NCBI GenBank assembly: GCA_963835065.1
Contig: CAWIEK010000019.1
Span: forward strand, 1 to 64,000
Source: an uncultured Chthonomonadaceae bacterium
GTDB lineage: Bacteria > Armatimonadota > Chthonomonadetes > Chthonomonadales > Chthonomonadaceae
DNA length: 64,000 nt
Direction: 5' to 3'
The notes beneath the pieces were generated by a model, which saw only the letters and a program-made list of their open reading frames with translations, had not been told where the DNA came from and made no database searches. Positions 60,773 to 64,000 of this stretch are shown in pieces. Within the stretch, counting starts at the first letter, position 1, and each line of letters opens with the position of its first letter. The position numbers and the translations under genes were made by a program.

Positions 60773-62725
60773 ATGGCATTTTTAGACCGACTTTTGGGCA
60801 GGCGGCTGGCGACCCATGAAGAAGATGAGCAAAAAGTCGGCGTGTTCGCGGGCATTCCCATGCTGGGACTGGACGCGCTTTCCTCATCCGCGTATGGCCC
60901 CGAAGCCGCGCTGACGATCTTGATTCCATTGGGAGCGCTCGGTCTGGCGTATATCGGCCCGATCATCGGCGTGATTCTGGCACTGCTGATTATCCTGTAT
61001 TTTTCGTACCGGCAGACGATTGCCGCGTATCCCAATGGCGGCGGCTCGTACACCGTTGCGAAGGAAAACCTGGGAACGCGGGCAGGACTTTTGGCGGCGG
61101 CGGCGCTGCTGCTGGATTATGTGATGAATGTGGCGGTGGGCATTTCGGCGGGCATGGGCGCGCTGATTTCCGCCGTGCCCGGATTGCATCGGTATCTGCT
61201 GCCCTTGTGTTTGGTCACGCTGGTCTTTGTCGCGTTTATTAATCTGCGCGGAGTTCGAGAATCGGGACTGGCGTTCGCCCTTCCCACCTATTTGTTTGTC
61301 GGTACGCTTACGGTTGTGCTTGTACTGGGAGTGGGCAAGATTTTGCTGAGTGGCGGGCATCCCGTACCGGTTGTCGCGCCTCCCGCCCTGCCTGCCGGAA
61401 CGGGAGCCGTCACGCTGTGGCTGTTGCTGCGCGCGTTTGCGAGTGGCTGTACGGCGATGACAGGCGTGGAAGCCGTCAGCAACGGCGTCACGGCCTTTGC
61501 CAAACCCGCCGTTGTCAACGCGCAGCGAACCTTAACGGCGATTGTCGTGATTTTGGGCGTTTTGCTTGCGGGTATCGCCATTCTTGCCCGCGCATACCAT
61601 ATCAGCGCGATTGACCCGGACAGCCCCGCGTATGACAGCATCGTTTCGCAATTGGTGGCGGCGGTTGCGGGGCGGGGCGTGTTTTACTATTTCACCATCG
61701 GCAGCGTTCTGGCCGTGCTTGCGCTTTCCGCCAACACCAGTTTTGCCGACTTTCCGCGCCTGTGCCGGCTGGTCGCGCAGGACGATTTTCTCCCCCACGC
61801 CTTCGCCAACCGGGGGCGGCGGCTTGTATACTCCTACGGCATCGCCATTCTGACCGTTTCCGCCGCCATTCTGATGATCGCATTCGGCGGCATCACGGAT
61901 CGGCTGATTCCTCTGTTTGCTATCGGCGCGTTTCTGGCGTTTGCGCTGTCGCAAGCCGGCATGGTGGTGCATTGGAAGCGCGTGGGAGGGCCGCGGGCGC
62001 AAACGTCCCTGTTCGTGAACGGCCTGGGCTGCGTGGTTACGGTGATTGCGCTTGTCATCGTTATCATTGCTAAATTTGTGGAAGGCGCGTGGGTCACGCT
62101 GCTGCTGATACCCGCGTTCCTCATCGTTTTTGACCGCGTGAAGGCGCATTACGTGCATGTGGCGCAGGAAATCCATTGCCCGCGCCCCCTGAATTTGGAA
62201 CGCTTGCAGCCGCCGGTTGTCGTGGTTCCCATCAAGGCGTGGAATACGATTGCCGAACGCGCGCTGCAATTCGCGCTGCAACTGTCGCCGGACGTGGTTG
62301 CCGTTCACATCAGCGCGGACGAAGGCGCGGCGTATGGCCTGCGCATGCAATGGGCGCAGTACGTGGAAGAGCCAATTGCGCAGGCGGGATTGCCGCAGCC
62401 GCGCCTGCTCCTGCTTTTGTCGCCTTATCGCCGCCTGTTCACGCCCCTGCTTAACTTCATCAATCAATTAAAAGAGGAATACCCCTCGCGGCTGATCGCC
62501 GTCATTATCCCGGAGCTCGTGGAAAAGCGCTGGTATCAATATCTGCTGCACAATCAGCGCGCGACGGGATTGAAAGCCGCGCTCCTGCTGCGCGGCGACA
62601 GCCGGGTCGTGGTGATCAACGTGCCCTGGTATTTAGGAGAAAGCGCGGAAAATCCTATTAGCGACGATGACTCAAAACCGCCGTTAAGGTTTGTCGAAGC
62701 GGAGAATAGCCTGGGAGGTGGATAA
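60773..62725 (+). CDS. Second KimA/YdaO-like APC K+ transporter
   Basis: LDALSSSAYG, AYPNGGGSY, MTGVEAVSNG, NTSFADFPRL. Confidence 0.92.
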   Translation: MAFLDRLLGRRLATHEEDEQKVGVFAGIPMLGLDALSSSAYGPEAALTILIPLGALGLAYIGPIIGVILALLIILYFSYRQTIAAYPNGGGSYTVAKENLGTRAGLLAAAALLLDYVMNVAVGISAGMGALISAVPGLHRYLLPLCLVTLVFVAFINLRGVRESGLAFALPTYLFVGTLTVVLVLGVGKILLSGGHPVPVVAPPALPAGTGAVTLWLLLRAFASGCTAMTGVEAVSNGVTAFAKPAVVNAQRTLTAIVVILGVLLAGIAILARAYHISAIDPDSPAYDSIVSQLVAAVAGRGVFYYFTIGSVLAVLALSANTSFADFPRLCRLVAQDDFLPHAFANRGRRLVYSYGIAILTVSAAILMIAFGGITDRLIPLFAIGAFLAFALSQAGMVVHWKRVGGPRAQTSLFVNGLGCVVTVIALVIVIIAKFVEGAWVTLLLIPAFLIVFDRVKAHYVHVAQEIHCPRPLNLERLQPPVVVVPIKAWNTIAERALQFALQLSPDVVAVHISADEGAAYGLRMQWAQYVEEPIAQAGLPQPRLLLLLSPYRRLFTPLLNFINQLKEEYPSRLIAVIIPELVEKRWYQYLLHNQRATGLKAALLLRGDSRVVVINVPWYLGESAENPISDDDSKPPLRFVEAENSLGGG

Positions 62726-63876
62726 TGCCAACGGATGCCGACATGCCGCGCCGCCCCACGCCCGAAGAACTGCTGGAGCGGGTGCAGCGCGAGGAAAAAC
62801 AGCAGAAACGGGGACGCCTGAAAGTGTTCCTGGGCTTTGCGGCAGGCGTGGGCAAATCCTACGAAATGCTTAACGAGGCCAACCGGCGGCGACAGCGCGG
62901 GCAGGATGTGGTTATCGGGTACATCGAAACCCACAGGCGCAAGGGAACCGAGGAGCAGCTTGGCGACCTGGAAACCGTTCCGCGCAAGCAAATCGAGTAC
63001 CGGGGAACGGTTCTGGAAGAAATGGATACGGAAGCCATTCTCGCCCGCCATCCGCAATGGGCGGTTGTGGACGAACTGGCCCATGCCAACGTGCCCGGTT
63101 CGGCTCGCGCCAAGCGCTGGCAGGACGTGGAGCTTCTGCTGGACGCGGGCATCCATGTGCTGACGGCAATGAACGTGCAGCATCTGGAAAGCCTCAACGA
63201 TACAGTTTACGACATTACCGGAATCCGCGTCCGCGAAACCGTTCCCGACCGTATCATCCGGGACGCAGACGAAGTGAAGATGGTGGACATTACGCCCCGT
63301 TCGCTGATTCACCGTTTGGAGCGCGGCGACATTTACGCGCCGGATAAGGTACAGCAGTCGCTGCAAAACTGGTTCCGGGAAGGCAATCTGAACGCCCTGC
63401 GCGAAATCGCCCTGCGGGAAGTGGCGCACGAGGTGGACGAGGACGTGGCCGCGTACCGCAAGGAGCGCAACGTCCGGGAAACGTGGGCCACGCATGACCG
63501 CGTGATGGTGTGCATCAGCCCCGACCAATCTTCGCTGCGCCTGTTGCGGCGGGGCTGGCGCATCGCGGGGCGGCTTCACGCCGAGATCGTCGCCGTGTAC
63601 GTGGAAAATAAGCCGACAACGGAAGAGCAGAAACAGATATTACGGGACGACTTTGCGCTCGCGGACCGCCTGAAAGTGCCGGTTGTCACGCTGCATGGCG
63701 ATGTGGCGAACGAGATCATCCGCTACGTCCGCGAAAACCAGATCACGCAAATCGTCATCGGCCATTCGGATCGAACGCGCTGGCAGGAGTTCGTCAAGGG
63801 TTCCATCATCAACCGCCTCACCTACGCCCTGCGCACCATAGACATTCTGATTGTCGCCTCGGCGGAGGAAGGTTAG
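62725..63876 (+). CDS. kdpD: Stand-alone KdpD N-terminal + USP domain protein
   Basis: RGRLKVFLGFAAGVGKS, VDELAH, NVQHLESLND, VRETVPD, USP tail; no TM or kinase domain. Confidence 0.9.
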   Translation: MPTDADMPRRPTPEELLERVQREEKQQKRGRLKVFLGFAAGVGKSYEMLNEANRRRQRGQDVVIGYIETHRRKGTEEQLGDLETVPRKQIEYRGTVLEEMDTEAILARHPQWAVVDELAHANVPGSARAKRWQDVELLLDAGIHVLTAMNVQHLESLNDTVYDITGIRVRETVPDRIIRDADEVKMVDITPRSLIHRLERGDIYAPDKVQQSLQNWFREGNLNALREIALREVAHEVDEDVAAYRKERNVRETWATHDRVMVCISPDQSSLRLLRRGWRIAGRLHAEIVAVYVENKPTTEEQKQILRDDFALADRLKVPVVTLHGDVANEIIRYVRENQITQIVIGHSDRTRWQEFVKGSIINRLTYALRTIDILIVASAEEG

Positions 63877-64000
63877 GAATTGGAATCACCGAACACAAGG
63901 CCGATCACCGCATCATTGGCTTCTTCGATCTGTTCAAGTTCCACGATATAGTTTTCGAGGTCTTTACAGCGGGCGCGGATAGCGGCGATGTCTTGCTGTT
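63873..64000 (-). CDS. 3' end of an unknown gene (partial)
   Basis: Open frame QQDIAAIRARCKDLENYIVELEQIEEANDAVIGLVFGDSNS*. Confidence 0.5.
   Translation of the reverse strand, partial: QQDIAAIRARCKDLENYIVELEQIEEANDAVIGLVFGDSNS

Overview
GC-rich bacterial chromosome segment. Gene content (DUF1559 prepilin-like gene, PadR/HAAS pair, LolA-redoxin fusion) suggests Armatimonadota, which is an inference. About ten genes carry frameshifts, most likely consensus indel errors. The ordinary content includes an ABC permease, M16 and S10 peptidases, prfA, tRNA-Thr, ispA, solA, msrB, glycoside hydrolases, a Fic protein and a type II-like R-M pair. A large K+/Na+ homeostasis island spans 48.7-63.9 kb (DUF2294, kdpFABC, beta-barrel, NhaP, HK/RR, KimA-like, split KdpD). 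Most notable observations: (1) two look-alike leader/terminator RNAs flanking the DUF2294 gene ahead of kdp, with no KdpE-type regulator, suggesting an attenuation system; (2) an array of non-canonical tRNA-like genes with one shared body and three anticodons; (3) an ECF sigma factor coupled to an anti-sigma-like domain fused to a PilB/GspE ATPase; (4) a probable UxxC selenoprotein with a SECIS-like hairpin; (5) a 262-nt cytosine-free tract that is a recognisable but C-stripped vapC; (6) a duplicated 107-nt non-coding element, each copy behind a short Pro-stop leader ORF; (7) a GxxExxY gene inside terminal inverted repeats, plus many 7-9-mer repeats, some inserted in-frame in genes.
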